DNA of 46,983 nucleotides, from the IMG/VR virus record IMGVR_UViG_3300037751_000148, positions 1 to 46,983 of that record. One strand, 5' to 3'. This DNA comes from a virus. Taxonomy: Duplodnaviria; Caudoviricetes. The notes under the pieces were generated by a model. It saw only the letters and a program-made list of their open reading frames with translations, was not told the origin of the DNA and ran no database searches. Below are positions 9,073 through 18,011 of the stretch, one piece after another. Position 1 is the first letter of the stretch; the number at the start of each line of letters is the position of its first letter. The translations under genes and the position numbers were made by a program.

Positions 9073-9315
9073 TTAGAAGTAATCATCCGCATGGCAGTCG
9101 TCTAAAACGATCAGTTTAAAGATCATCGCCCGGCGATTCAGTGCAACGTTCACAGATTCAGCGGCTAGTTTGCTAGGGTATCTGCCCGCCATGCGTTCTA
9201 TTCTAACTACTTCGTCGGTTGCATGATTGTAAGCATCCGCTTCAGCTTCTGTGAATACGTGCCCTGTGAACGCCACATAGCCGGGTTCGATAATATCCTG
9301 TTTAGAAGTTGTCAT
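9073..9315 (-). CDS. Hypothetical protein
   Basis: Start MTTSKQ after AGGAG SD. Confidence 0.6.
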   Translation of the reverse strand: MTTSKQDIIEPGYVAFTGHVFTEAEADAYNHATDEVVRIERMAGRYPSKLAAESVNVALNRRAMIFKLIVLDDCHADDYF

Positions 9316-9472
9316 CGTTATCGCTCCTGTTCTTCCTGATCTTCTCAGCGTGTAAACTCTGGTCAAAGTTAAGCCATGAGCATAAAAGAATAGATGGGAA
9401 GATAATCAGGAACGGGTTGCCAGTTGTTAGACCGGTAACAATAAGCACTGATAGAAAGATTGTGATAAACAT
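9302..9472 (-). CDS. Small two-helix membrane protein (56 aa)
   Basis: Hand translation MFITIFLSVLIVTGLTTGNPFLIIFPSILLCSWLNF...; start overlaps the upstream stop (TAATG). Confidence 0.55.
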   Translation of the reverse strand: MFITIFLSVLIVTGLTTGNPFLIIFPSILLCSWLNFDQSLHAEKIRKNRSDNDDNF

Positions 9473-9804
9473 TATTTAGCACTCCCGACATGGATTAAGG
9501 AATCAAAATCTATCCAGTAAACGATAGCTTTGATGCTTGTTAGAGATAACCTGTGCTGCCAGACGTTTTGACCATCTTTAATAACATGCAAAGTATAATG
9601 CCCGGATCTATCAACCGTTACCGCCAGCATCTCTGTCTTATCTTTGGCCGCCCTATCAGTACCCGCCCAAACTGTCCTAGAGGTACCGATAGCCCTGCCA
9701 GTCCCTAAGCTGTTTGCCAGCTTTGCAATAGCCCGGCTTGCATTATCGCGCCACTCTTTAGCGAGATTGCGACTAGCTGTATCTGTTGTTGTTTTCATGT
9801 CCAT
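9472..9804 (-). CDS. Hypothetical early protein
   Basis: 110-aa ORF with GAGGA SD; first gene of the leftward unit. Confidence 0.6.
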   Translation of the reverse strand: MDMKTTTDTASRNLAKEWRDNASRAIAKLANSLGTGRAIGTSRTVWAGTDRAAKDKTEMLAVTVDRSGHYTLHVIKDGQNVWQHRLSLTSIKAIVYWIDFDSLIHVGSAK

Positions 9805-9836
9805 ATCCTCTAACTAAATCAACAAAACCTGTACTT

Positions 9837-9862
9837 ATTATAGGACGTTTCACAAACTGCAA
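9837..9862 (-). promoter_or_regulatory. Possible leftward early promoter
   Basis: Perfect TATAAT at 9842-9837; the candidate -35 TTGCAG is only 14 bp away, which is non-canonical. Confidence 0.35.
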
Positions 9863-10096
9863 GATGATTGATTTTCATGCCGATCTCCGCAACATGAATA
9901 AAATTCACCGCCCTTGATCCAGCCACCGTTTGAACCCTCGACGTTTCAGCACTTAGCCCCTAGCGCGAAGCGCTTAAATTTCAATTGGTTAGAGCGCCTC
10001 GATCATAGCGCAAAGAGTAGGGCAACCAACAACACCCAACTGCTAAGATGGCTACCAGGTAAGCGCATAGTGACCTAGAATCTTAGCACTTGGCGC

Positions 10097-10140
10097 TAAG
10101 TGACTGATTAATATAGACGCGTTTAGTTAAGTGCTTGATA
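10097..10140. promoter_or_regulatory. Two IHF consensus sites
   Basis: TAAGTGACTGATT (10097-10109) and TAAGTGCTTGATA (10128-10140) match WATCARNNNNTTR on the minus strand. Confidence 0.5.
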
Positions 10141-10164
10141 TCAAAGGGCTAAGCGCTCAGAGTC

Positions 10165-10287
10165 AGGGGCCGGGGGGGCCAGGCACCACCCCCCGATGGG
10201 GTTTTCTAATTGGGGGTACCTGACCGCGAAGCTCTCAACTCCTAATTTTTTAATAATTAATTAAAAATTTTTTAATTTTTTAAAATT
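10165..10287. other. G/C homopolymer tracts followed by a 45-bp pure A/T tract; candidate packaging-initiation region
   Basis: GGGGCCGGGGGGGCC...CCCCCC...GGGG, then 10243-10287 contains only A/T; lies just upstream of the terminase genes at the strand switch. Confidence 0.45.
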
Positions 10288-10414
10288 CCCTATTTTCGTG
10301 TTGCGCGCCAAGCGCCTAACACCCATAATCTAGTCTCCGGGTGGGACCGAGTGGAGCGTTTCCTGGTTGCATTCCTTAGGTTCCACCCGGAGTCTCCAGA
10401 CCAGGAGTTGTTGA

Positions 10415-11317
10415 ATGACTGCCCCAATAACACAGATTGAGTTTTATGCGCGCATAGGGCTTGAGTTCGAAAAATTTGATAGCTCTGCAGCGTTGGCACG
10501 TTCGCAGGGAACCAACGCATCTCATATCCGCAAACACCTTGTCAAACTCATGCAGACGCTCGATCACGGGCAGTTGCAAACTGACTTCCCGCACACTTAC
10601 CGGTTTTTCATGAGGGATCTTCACAGAACCCGTATGGATGAGATTGCCCTTCAGACTGCAGGGACGTTTGTTGACATGGATCTAGTCAAGTCCCTACCGT
10701 CAGATCGAAAGGAGTTGGCGCGAGTGTTGAATGAGTTGAAGCCGCCACCACCGAAAAGACCCGTCGGCCGGCCGAGGAAGAACCCGGATGCTCCGAAAAG
10801 ACCTGTCGGCCGGCCGAGGAAGGAATCCGCCGCCGTTGTGGATTGGCCCCCAGTCAGAACACCTCAGGCTGAGATAAGAACTCAGATGCCAGCCACTGAG
10901 ATGAGAACTCAGTTCCCAGAACCACTTTCTCAACCGGCTCCGGTACCGGCGTCTCCCCTTGACCAAGTTCGTAGGCGCGTAGTTACCAAGAGCGCACTTG
11001 CCGCCAGACCTAAGAAATCCTTGACTGAAGCTGAGTTGAGGGAGGAGTTGGGGAAGAAGTTGGCGCAAGTGTTGTTTTACGTCGATGCGACAAGCCTTGG
11101 TCAGGCGAAATTGTCAGAATTGGCTCAGATGCTACGCGTCCTGTTTGAGGCTAAACAGCTTCTCGACGGGAAACCGACGACGATACTCAACAGGGAAGAG
11201 AAACAGGAGCTGAAGACGTTGTTGCCGAGGCTGCTTGTTGAAGCCAAGAGGCGCGGCCTTGTGATGAAGGATGTTAAGGGGCAGGTTATCAACCAGAACA
11301 AGAGGAATTCGGAATGA
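10415..11317 (+). CDS. Putative terminase small subunit with two AT-hook motifs
   Basis: First gene of the packaging arm; KRPVGRPRK occurs twice (near-identical DNA repeat at about 10751 and 10793); C-terminal QLLDGKPT typical of TerS-like proteins; AGGAG SD. Confidence 0.6.
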   Translation: MTAPITQIEFYARIGLEFEKFDSSAALARSQGTNASHIRKHLVKLMQTLDHGQLQTDFPHTYRFFMRDLHRTRMDEIALQTAGTFVDMDLVKSLPSDRKELARVLNELKPPPPKRPVGRPRKNPDAPKRPVGRPRKESAAVVDWPPVRTPQAEIRTQMPATEMRTQFPEPLSQPAPVPASPLDQVRRRVVTKSALAARPKKSLTEAELREELGKKLAQVLFYVDATSLGQAKLSELAQMLRVLFEAKQLLDGKPTTILNREEKQELKTLLPRLLVEAKRRGLVMKDVKGQVINQNKRNSE

Positions 11318-11754
11318 GTGTGATGATACTGCCTCCTACGAGGGGCTGCGATAAGCAAGGATGCGGTCATTTTGGGGCTCCGAGAGGTGACCATGTTCAT
11401 AGGGGGACCGATTTTGCGTGTTTCCCCGGATCTGTAGTGCTTTCGATGGTTGAAGGCATGGTTACCAAGATCGGGTACCCTTACAAACCTGGTGACCAGA
11501 AGAAAGGGCACCTCAGGTACGTCGAGATTACGGATTCTCAGTCTCGGATGCGGTTTAGGTACTTTTACGTGAATCCTGAGGTAGCTGTCGGGCACTTTGT
11601 TGAGAAGGAACAGCCGATAGGCGAGGTTCAGGATCTCACAAAGATCTTCAGAGGAATAACGTCTCACTTTCACCTAGAGATTATTGACTACGACGGTCGA
11701 TACATCGATCCAAAAGATGTTATGGACATGGTTGGGATGTCAGTATGGCCTTGA
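11314..11754 (+). CDS. M23-family metallopeptidase (probable endolysin)
   Basis: HRGTD (HxxxD) and HFHLE (HxH) zinc ligands. Confidence 0.85.
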   Translation: MSVMILPPTRGCDKQGCGHFGAPRGDHVHRGTDFACFPGSVVLSMVEGMVTKIGYPYKPGDQKKGHLRYVEITDSQSRMRFRYFYVNPEVAVGHFVEKEQPIGEVQDLTKIFRGITSHFHLEIIDYDGRYIDPKDVMDMVGMSVWP

Positions 11755-13952
11755 AGGACCAGTTCAAGCTTGCAACCGCTGCGAGTCTCAAGGAGATGGA
11801 GGACGATGACTTCGTCGGGCTGCTGGAGGAGTTTCTTGAGATTCAGGAACAGGACCGGATGGAGTGCAACTTGAAGTACTATCAGCCTGTTTCTGATAAG
11901 GCTAGGGCGATACACTTTTCAAAGGCGAAGATTATGGGTATCGGCGGGGGGAACGGGTGTCTGCCGTTGACCGCTCCGGTGATGATGGCCGATGAGACTT
12001 ACAAACCACTCGGGGAGGTCGTCGTTGGTGATATGGTGATGGGGGCTGACTCGGCAACTGGCATCAGGACTCCATCTAAAGTGTTGACTGCTTGGAGGTC
12101 TGGGAGCAAGGCTGTCTACGAAGTGTCATTCCAGCCGGGCTACCTAGATACGCCACCTTTTCAGGCAACAGCCGAGCATATGATACCGATGTACGTCGAA
12201 CGGGCAGGTGAGGTTCAGAAGGTAGCCAAAAGGAACCGTAAGCTACCTCCGGTGAAGATGATGCTTGGGGACCACGTTTCTAAGATTATCCCTCCGATCT
12301 ACGGTGAGCCGCCACGTGGGCATAAAGTGTCGTTTTTTATGTCCATCCCGACCGACGCATATGGTAGGAACATTCGGAGGGAGGCTGCCGTAAAACAAGA
12401 GTTGATCGGGTTTCGAGAGTGTGGGGATCTGGAAGTGGACCATCCCGACCACTGCTACATCACCTCAGGCGGGATCATGGTTTCCAATAGCTCCAAGACA
12501 GAGACGAGCCTTGTTGAGCTGTGCATGTGTGCGACCGGGGTGTTCCCGGAGTGGCTGATTGATGCGCTCGGCCCTGAGGGGATGAGTGAGAAATACATGG
12601 GTCCGATGAAGTGCCGGATCATCGTGAAGTCCCTGAAGAACCAGCTCGATACCATCATGTTGAATAAGCTGAAGTGGTTCCAGTGGACGGGGCTTTTGCC
12701 GGAAGGTGGAGATAAAGGGCACTGGGGTTGGATACCCAGGAAGTGCTTGATCGGGGGGTCATGGGAGAAGTCATGGATGGCCGGGACTTCAACTCTGAAG
12801 TTTTACAGTTTCGACCCGGTGACGGATAAGCCCAGAGGTATGTCCAGCATCCAGTTCATGTCGAGCGATCAGGAAGCATTGGCGATGGCGGGTAATGACC
12901 TTCAGTTCGCGTTGCTTGACGAGCCGAGCACCTTGGCGATATGGCGGGAGACACAGGCGCGTGTGATGCGTGGTAGCGGCAGGATCTTTTTAGCGATGAC
13001 CTGGCCGGACGACCCAAGCATACCAGTGGACTGGATCTTCGACGAGATTTACGATCGGGCAGAGCGTGACCCGAGTGTAGAGTGGGTTGAGCTGTCGTCG
13101 TTCGACAACAAGAATCTTGACCAGAAAGCTGTAGCGATGATGGCCGGCCGGGTGTCGGACGAGGTTCGGAAAGTCAGGTACGAAGGGAAGCCGATGCGGT
13201 TCTCTAACCTGATACACCCAGGGTTCACGGACTCGCCGTCTCACTGGTGCTTCGAGTGCTGTAAGGAGACTGCCGCCGTGCCATCGGATGCCGGCCCTAC
13301 CGTGTGCATGGAGTGCAAAGGGATCGACGTTGTGAAGTACTGCCACGTTACTGAGTTTGATCACCACTCCAACTGGCCTACCGTCTTTGTGCTGGACCCT
13401 CATCCTCGAAAGCCTCATATGTGGCTTCACGTTCAGATCGATCCGAACAACGACCTCTGGGTGGTGGCGGATGGAGCCCTGGCGAAGGAACCGGCTGATG
13501 TTGCTGAGGTGGTGACGAGCGTTGAGGAACAGATGGGCCTCTACGTAGCGCAGAGGATCATGGACCCTAACATGGGAAAGCAGCCGTGCGGTAAGCGCAG
13601 AGAGGTGTCATGGCAGGATGAGTTTGCGGCCGGTGGTCTATACTGCGAGCTGGCAGACGACTCAGGTGTTGGGCGGTCACGGATCAACGAACGCCTGAAG
13701 CCCGATCCGGACACCTATGCGCCTCGGCTTCACATTCACCCAAGGTGTCGTGATACGATATACCAGATGAAGAGGTATGCATGGGACGAACACAGGCTGA
13801 GTGCCGAGAGGGATCAGAAGCAGGTACCGAAGCCAAAGTTTGATGACTACCCAACAATGCTGAAGTACCTAGTAAACCTGGCTCCCAATTTCAGGTCGCT
13901 CACTCCCGGTCAGGACCGCGTTCTAAAGACCAGGATCATCCGTAAACGTTAG
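11745..13952 (+). CDS. terL: Terminase large subunit containing an intein
   Basis: Walker A GGNG|SSKT split by the intein; Walker B ALLDEP; nuclease VLDPHPRKP...DDYPTMLKY. Confidence 0.92.
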   Translation: MALKDQFKLATAASLKEMEDDDFVGLLEEFLEIQEQDRMECNLKYYQPVSDKARAIHFSKAKIMGIGGGNGCLPLTAPVMMADETYKPLGEVVVGDMVMGADSATGIRTPSKVLTAWRSGSKAVYEVSFQPGYLDTPPFQATAEHMIPMYVERAGEVQKVAKRNRKLPPVKMMLGDHVSKIIPPIYGEPPRGHKVSFFMSIPTDAYGRNIRREAAVKQELIGFRECGDLEVDHPDHCYITSGGIMVSNSSKTETSLVELCMCATGVFPEWLIDALGPEGMSEKYMGPMKCRIIVKSLKNQLDTIMLNKLKWFQWTGLLPEGGDKGHWGWIPRKCLIGGSWEKSWMAGTSTLKFYSFDPVTDKPRGMSSIQFMSSDQEALAMAGNDLQFALLDEPSTLAIWRETQARVMRGSGRIFLAMTWPDDPSIPVDWIFDEIYDRAERDPSVEWVELSSFDNKNLDQKAVAMMAGRVSDEVRKVRYEGKPMRFSNLIHPGFTDSPSHWCFECCKETAAVPSDAGPTVCMECKGIDVVKYCHVTEFDHHSNWPTVFVLDPHPRKPHMWLHVQIDPNNDLWVVADGALAKEPADVAEVVTSVEEQMGLYVAQRIMDPNMGKQPCGKRREVSWQDEFAAGGLYCELADDSGVGRSRINERLKPDPDTYAPRLHIHPRCRDTIYQMKRYAWDEHRLSAERDQKQVPKPKFDDYPTMLKYLVNLAPNFRSLTPGQDRVLKTRIIRKR
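11958..12488 (+). mobile_element. Mini-intein (177 aa) without homing endonuclease
   Basis: N-terminal CLPLTAPVMMAD...VVVGDMV; block B ATAEH; block F CGDLEVD..HCYI; C-terminal VSN followed by Ser+1. Confidence 0.9.
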
Positions 13953-13962
13953 GAGGTTTAGA

Positions 13963-14289
13963 ATGTCAGTAAAAAGGTTCCTTGTGATTGCTGCCCTCGC
14001 ACCGGCTATGTCAGCCTTCCTAGCTTCGTGTGAATCGATTGACACCCCTCTTGACGACGGGTACCAGTTCGGGGATCTGTCGAGGACGGCGATTCAACTT
14101 CAGGCAGAGTACTGTGCGGAAGCGGACCCCCGGCAAAGGGCTCTGCTACTGGCGTTGATCAAAAGGACTCACATCCCAATACCGGATCGTGGTGCCTGTA
14201 CTGACCTGTTGAACTTACTGCCAGAGTTCGAGCTACCAGACGTTGATTTTGACGCTGCTGAGGAAGACATGGAAAGGTACTCGAAATAA
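13963..14289 (+). CDS. Lipoprotein (possible spanin component)
   Basis: Signal peptide with lipobox FLAS-C; AGGAGG SD. Confidence 0.65.
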   Translation: MSVKRFLVIAALAPAMSAFLASCESIDTPLDDGYQFGDLSRTAIQLQAEYCAEADPRQRALLLALIKRTHIPIPDRGACTDLLNLLPEFELPDVDFDAAEEDMERYSK

Positions 14290-14555
14290 TGGGCGAAGTC
14301 GTAGACATAAACGAGAACAAGCCTCATCTGACAGGACCAGCTATGTGTCTTCAGTGCGGCCATAAGTGGGTTGCTGTTGTACCGGTCGGAAGGCTGTCGG
14401 CGCAGTGCCCATCCTGCAATCTCGATACCGGTGTTTTCCAAGGGCTTGTAGTGCCCGATGAGATCTACGTCTGCAAATGCGGATGCTCGACCTATTTTAT
14501 AGCCTCAGACGGTGACGCTCAGTGCTGCCGTTGTGGCGTGACTGCGACTTTTTAA
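14289..14555 (+). CDS. Cys-rich zinc-finger-like protein
   Basis: CLQC, CPSC, CKCGC and CCRC motifs. Confidence 0.65.
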   Translation: MGEVVDINENKPHLTGPAMCLQCGHKWVAVVPVGRLSAQCPSCNLDTGVFQGLVVPDEIYVCKCGCSTYFIASDGDAQCCRCGVTATF

Positions 14556-14570
14556 CCAGAGGCAGCGAAG

Positions 14571-14822
14571 ATGGCAAGTATAATCGTGTGTGATGGGTGC
14601 AAACTAGCAACCGGCAAGGATGACTATCAGCGTCTCGGCGCTGTGATTAAGAAGGAGTACTGCCCTTCCTGTGCAAAGGTTGTTCGGGCATACCTTAGCG
14701 ACCGTGACGAACTGCATACCCAGGTTGCCAAACTCTGGGATGACGGGATAGACAGCCTTAAGGCCCTCTATCGGGAGAGTTTCCCGGAAGGTAGCCTACC
14801 CGACGAGAACTACAAAGCATGA
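14571..14822 (+). CDS. Small zinc-finger-like protein
   Basis: CDGC and CPSC motifs. Confidence 0.6.
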   Translation: MASIIVCDGCKLATGKDDYQRLGAVIKKEYCPSCAKVVRAYLSDRDELHTQVAKLWDDGIDSLKALYRESFPEGSLPDENYKA

Positions 14823-15229
14823 GCTGCCCGCGTAAGGTAGTCGGGCACTGCACAAAGTGTGGGTCCGTCATCGCTGATGTCGTGACCCAGTTTCCCTATG
14901 ACCATCCGTTTTCCGGAGATCCCATAAGACTCGGGGCTTGGCACGAAAACGCAAGGCGCGCAACGATGATCCTGTCCAACGGATCGACTATGGACATTAC
15001 TGTGTGTTCCGAGTGTGTTCCTGATCTGGGGGTATTCCTGCCCAGTATCTGGCGGGCTGTTCTCAAGGCATTCGCTAATGAGATGACTCCTGAATACAGA
15101 CAGGTGATGAACATGACACCGTACTCGGAGAGTCAGGTCGGGATCACAGACAGGTGGCTAGCAGGCATGGTTGACGTTATTCCGCTAGGGATTCTATTCG
15201 CAAGAGACTGGAAGGAATGTAATGGTTGA
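14819..15229 (+). CDS. Hypothetical protein with CxxC pairs
   Basis: CTKC and CSEC motifs; ATGA coupling. Confidence 0.6.
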   Translation: MSCPRKVVGHCTKCGSVIADVVTQFPYDHPFSGDPIRLGAWHENARRATMILSNGSTMDITVCSECVPDLGVFLPSIWRAVLKAFANEMTPEYRQVMNMTPYSESQVGITDRWLAGMVDVIPLGILFARDWKECNG

Positions 15230-17567
15230 TTTTGCAAAGATCCAAGAAGATGTCGGGATAAAACGAACCCGAACCCGGAAGTCGAGTTTCAAATTCGATC
15301 GGCAGGATATTGCTAACCGGGTGATGGATTTCTACACGCGGGACCAGACCAGCCGGACAGAGTTTCTGGATGACAGGTTGCAGCGATACGCCAAGTACCG
15401 TATGTGGTCTGAGCGCCGTGCTGTGCCATGGGAGTCGGCCAGCGACGTTGCTGTACCAGACCTGACCTCTGACTCTCTCAGGATGCAAGACACGTTGCAT
15501 AACGCCGTGATGGGTACCATGCCGCCGGTCCATGCAGAGGCCCTGCTTAAGGAGGAGCAGGACAAGCAGGATGCCGTCACAAACCTGATCACCCACCAAC
15601 TCTTCAATGACTGCCTCGGGGAGAAGATGATAGGGGAGATGGCCGAGGAGTTTGTCAACGAAGGAGTGATGACCGTCTTCATACCTTGGGTGCGGGAAGA
15701 CAGGAAAATTTCCGACCTGAGGATCTTGCCTAAGATCCCGGATGACTCCACCCCGAAGCAATACTTCGAGACGCTGCTAGATGGGAACTTCAAGCCTAAT
15801 GCATCCAGGGTTTCTATTGGTGATGGCTGGGACTGGACAGTCACGCAGTCCGGCGAAAAGCCAGTAAAAGTGAGTTTTTACAGCAGGGAGAGAGACAACA
15901 AAATAGAGATGATCATCGAGCAGTCAGTAACTGTATTCGACGGTCCTAGACCTATGGTGAAGGATATCGATGAGGTTCTACACCCTTGGCGGGCAGATAA
16001 CCTGCAGATGCCAGGCCCAAGCAACCCCGGTGGCGCGGCCCACGTTATCCTGATCGACTACCCAACGTTGGACGAGATAAAACGCCTGAAGAAAAACGGG
16101 TTTTACGATCTGATGACTGACGAGCAGATCGATGAGCTTGAGGCAAAGACTCTCGATGAGGACTATATGTCCAAACAGGACCAGAAGGATAACTTCCAAG
16201 GGACTTCATACACCCCTGGTCAGGAGAAGGAACCAGCGCACGGACTTTTCACAAGGCTCATGTGTTTTGATATGTACGACGTTGACGGGGATGGTCTGGC
16301 AGAGGATGTTATCTGGTGGGTAATCAAGGAAACGAAGACTGTCGTCAAGGCAAAGCTTCTGACTGAGATGTACCCAGCCAACCCTCCACGCCGTCCGTTT
16401 GCTGAGGCATCCCTGATTCCGGTCAAGGGCCGCCGGATCGGCATATCCTATCTCGAACTCGGGGAGGGGCTGCATGACGCGATGAAGGAGGTTTTGGACC
16501 AGACGATCGACTCCGGTACTCTGGGGAACTCGCCGTTCTTCCTCTACAAAACTACGTCACTGCAGAAGCCGGAGATCATAACCCTGTCACCCGGTGAAGG
16601 GTACCCAACAGCGAACCCGAAGGAGGACTTCCACTTCCCGACATTCTCCAACACGAACCAGACATTCGGGATCAACATGATCACGGTACTGAGTGGGATG
16701 AAGGAGAAACTGACGATGGTCGGGGATCTTCAGGCCGGGCGGGTACCAGCTGGAAAGTCGTCCGCTCTCCGCACCTCAGGTGGGATGAACCAGCTGATAT
16801 CGCAGGCTGAGGCCAGGCCAGAGAGGATACTACGCCGGTTTTTTACGGGACTGACTGAGATCTACCATCAGGTTCATGAACTGAATCAAAGGTTCCTTCC
16901 GGAGGGTAAGAAAGTCAAACTGCTGGGTTCTATGGATCTGAAGATCGATCCGTATCAGGAGATCTCTGACATCGGGCAGATCCAGGGACGGTTTCAGTTC
17001 AACTTCAGGGCAAACGTCTTCAACATCGATCGAGCCGGGTTGCAGGGGGCACTACAGAACATTATGACAGTCGTAATGAACCCTCTGGCTATCCAACTCG
17101 GGATCTCCACTCCCGACACAATGTATCGACTGACCAAGAAGTTTGTCGAGGCATGGGGGCAGGATGCTAGCCAGCTAGGACTTAACCCGCCGACTGAGTT
17201 CTCTGATGAGCAGATGATAATGGCTGAAGAGGCCCTGGTGTCGATCTTCAACAACATCATGCCTACAGGCCGTCCAATGGAGGGGTTCCAGGGGCATATG
17301 CAAAAGCTGCAGTCGTTTGCGCAGAGTGAGAACGTAGTCCTACTTGAGCCAGCGCAGATCAAGATCTTCTCGTCATACATGAGCCAGATTGAGATTGGGG
17401 CGCAGAATGAGGCTCACAAAGAGGCTCTCATGCAGCAGGCGCAACAGCTGCAGATGCAGTTGGGGCAGCAGGGCGGCAGTGGTGGACAGGCAGCAGCACC
17501 CGACATGAGCACCCCTCCACTCAACCAGAACGAAAACATAGACAGGAGTATGGACGGTGGCAATTGA
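15222..17567 (+). CDS. Portal protein (P22-like podoviral type)
   Basis: 781 aa, downstream of terL; PFAEASLIPVKGRRIGIS, RTSGGMNQL; Gln-rich C-terminal barrel. Confidence 0.85.
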   Translation: MVDFAKIQEDVGIKRTRTRKSSFKFDRQDIANRVMDFYTRDQTSRTEFLDDRLQRYAKYRMWSERRAVPWESASDVAVPDLTSDSLRMQDTLHNAVMGTMPPVHAEALLKEEQDKQDAVTNLITHQLFNDCLGEKMIGEMAEEFVNEGVMTVFIPWVREDRKISDLRILPKIPDDSTPKQYFETLLDGNFKPNASRVSIGDGWDWTVTQSGEKPVKVSFYSRERDNKIEMIIEQSVTVFDGPRPMVKDIDEVLHPWRADNLQMPGPSNPGGAAHVILIDYPTLDEIKRLKKNGFYDLMTDEQIDELEAKTLDEDYMSKQDQKDNFQGTSYTPGQEKEPAHGLFTRLMCFDMYDVDGDGLAEDVIWWVIKETKTVVKAKLLTEMYPANPPRRPFAEASLIPVKGRRIGISYLELGEGLHDAMKEVLDQTIDSGTLGNSPFFLYKTTSLQKPEIITLSPGEGYPTANPKEDFHFPTFSNTNQTFGINMITVLSGMKEKLTMVGDLQAGRVPAGKSSALRTSGGMNQLISQAEARPERILRRFFTGLTEIYHQVHELNQRFLPEGKKVKLLGSMDLKIDPYQEISDIGQIQGRFQFNFRANVFNIDRAGLQGALQNIMTVVMNPLAIQLGISTPDTMYRLTKKFVEAWGQDASQLGLNPPTEFSDEQMIMAEEALVSIFNNIMPTGRPMEGFQGHMQKLQSFAQSENVVLLEPAQIKIFSSYMSQIEIGAQNEAHKEALMQQAQQLQMQLGQQGGSGGQAAAPDMSTPPLNQNENIDRSMDGGN

Positions 17568-17976
17568 TAGGTTAGATTTTCTCAAGGCGCATGGAATGCC
17601 GTTACAGGCGAATGGAATGCCGTCACTGAAACGGTCTTCTGCAAGGACTGACCCCGCCCTAGCGCGGATGAGCGTCCGCAACGAGGCGATGATAGGAACG
17701 GAGGAGTGGGACACATTCCTGTCCTACATCGAGGCATCTATCCAGGAAGTCCGGGATGTTAAGAGGCAGGCAGCTCACAAGTTCGAGAAATCTCCGATCG
17801 TGAATGCAGAACAGCTCCTTATGCTCAAGATGGTAATGACTGAAGCGAGCGCCGTAGAGGCGGCACTTGAGCATGTAGTTATGCTGCCGTACAAGATCAT
17901 CCATGAACATGCGGGATCTACTGGCCGGAAGATCCCGGTACCAGAGATGCCAGCATTTTTGACTAAATCAGAGTAA
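17557..17976 (+). CDS. Hypothetical protein
   Basis: Helical ORF between portal and scaffold. Confidence 0.65.
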   Translation: MAIDRLDFLKAHGMPLQANGMPSLKRSSARTDPALARMSVRNEAMIGTEEWDTFLSYIEASIQEVRDVKRQAAHKFEKSPIVNAEQLLMLKMVMTEASAVEAALEHVVMLPYKIIHEHAGSTGRKIPVPEMPAFLTKSE

Positions 17977-18011
17977 TATGTTACTTAACCAGTGTTAGAT
18001 CAGGAGTTATC

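Noticed and set aside
17959-17987. TTGACT-17 bp-TACTTA as a late promoter before the scaffold gene
   Set aside because: The -10 element lacks the conserved final T; too weak to call.
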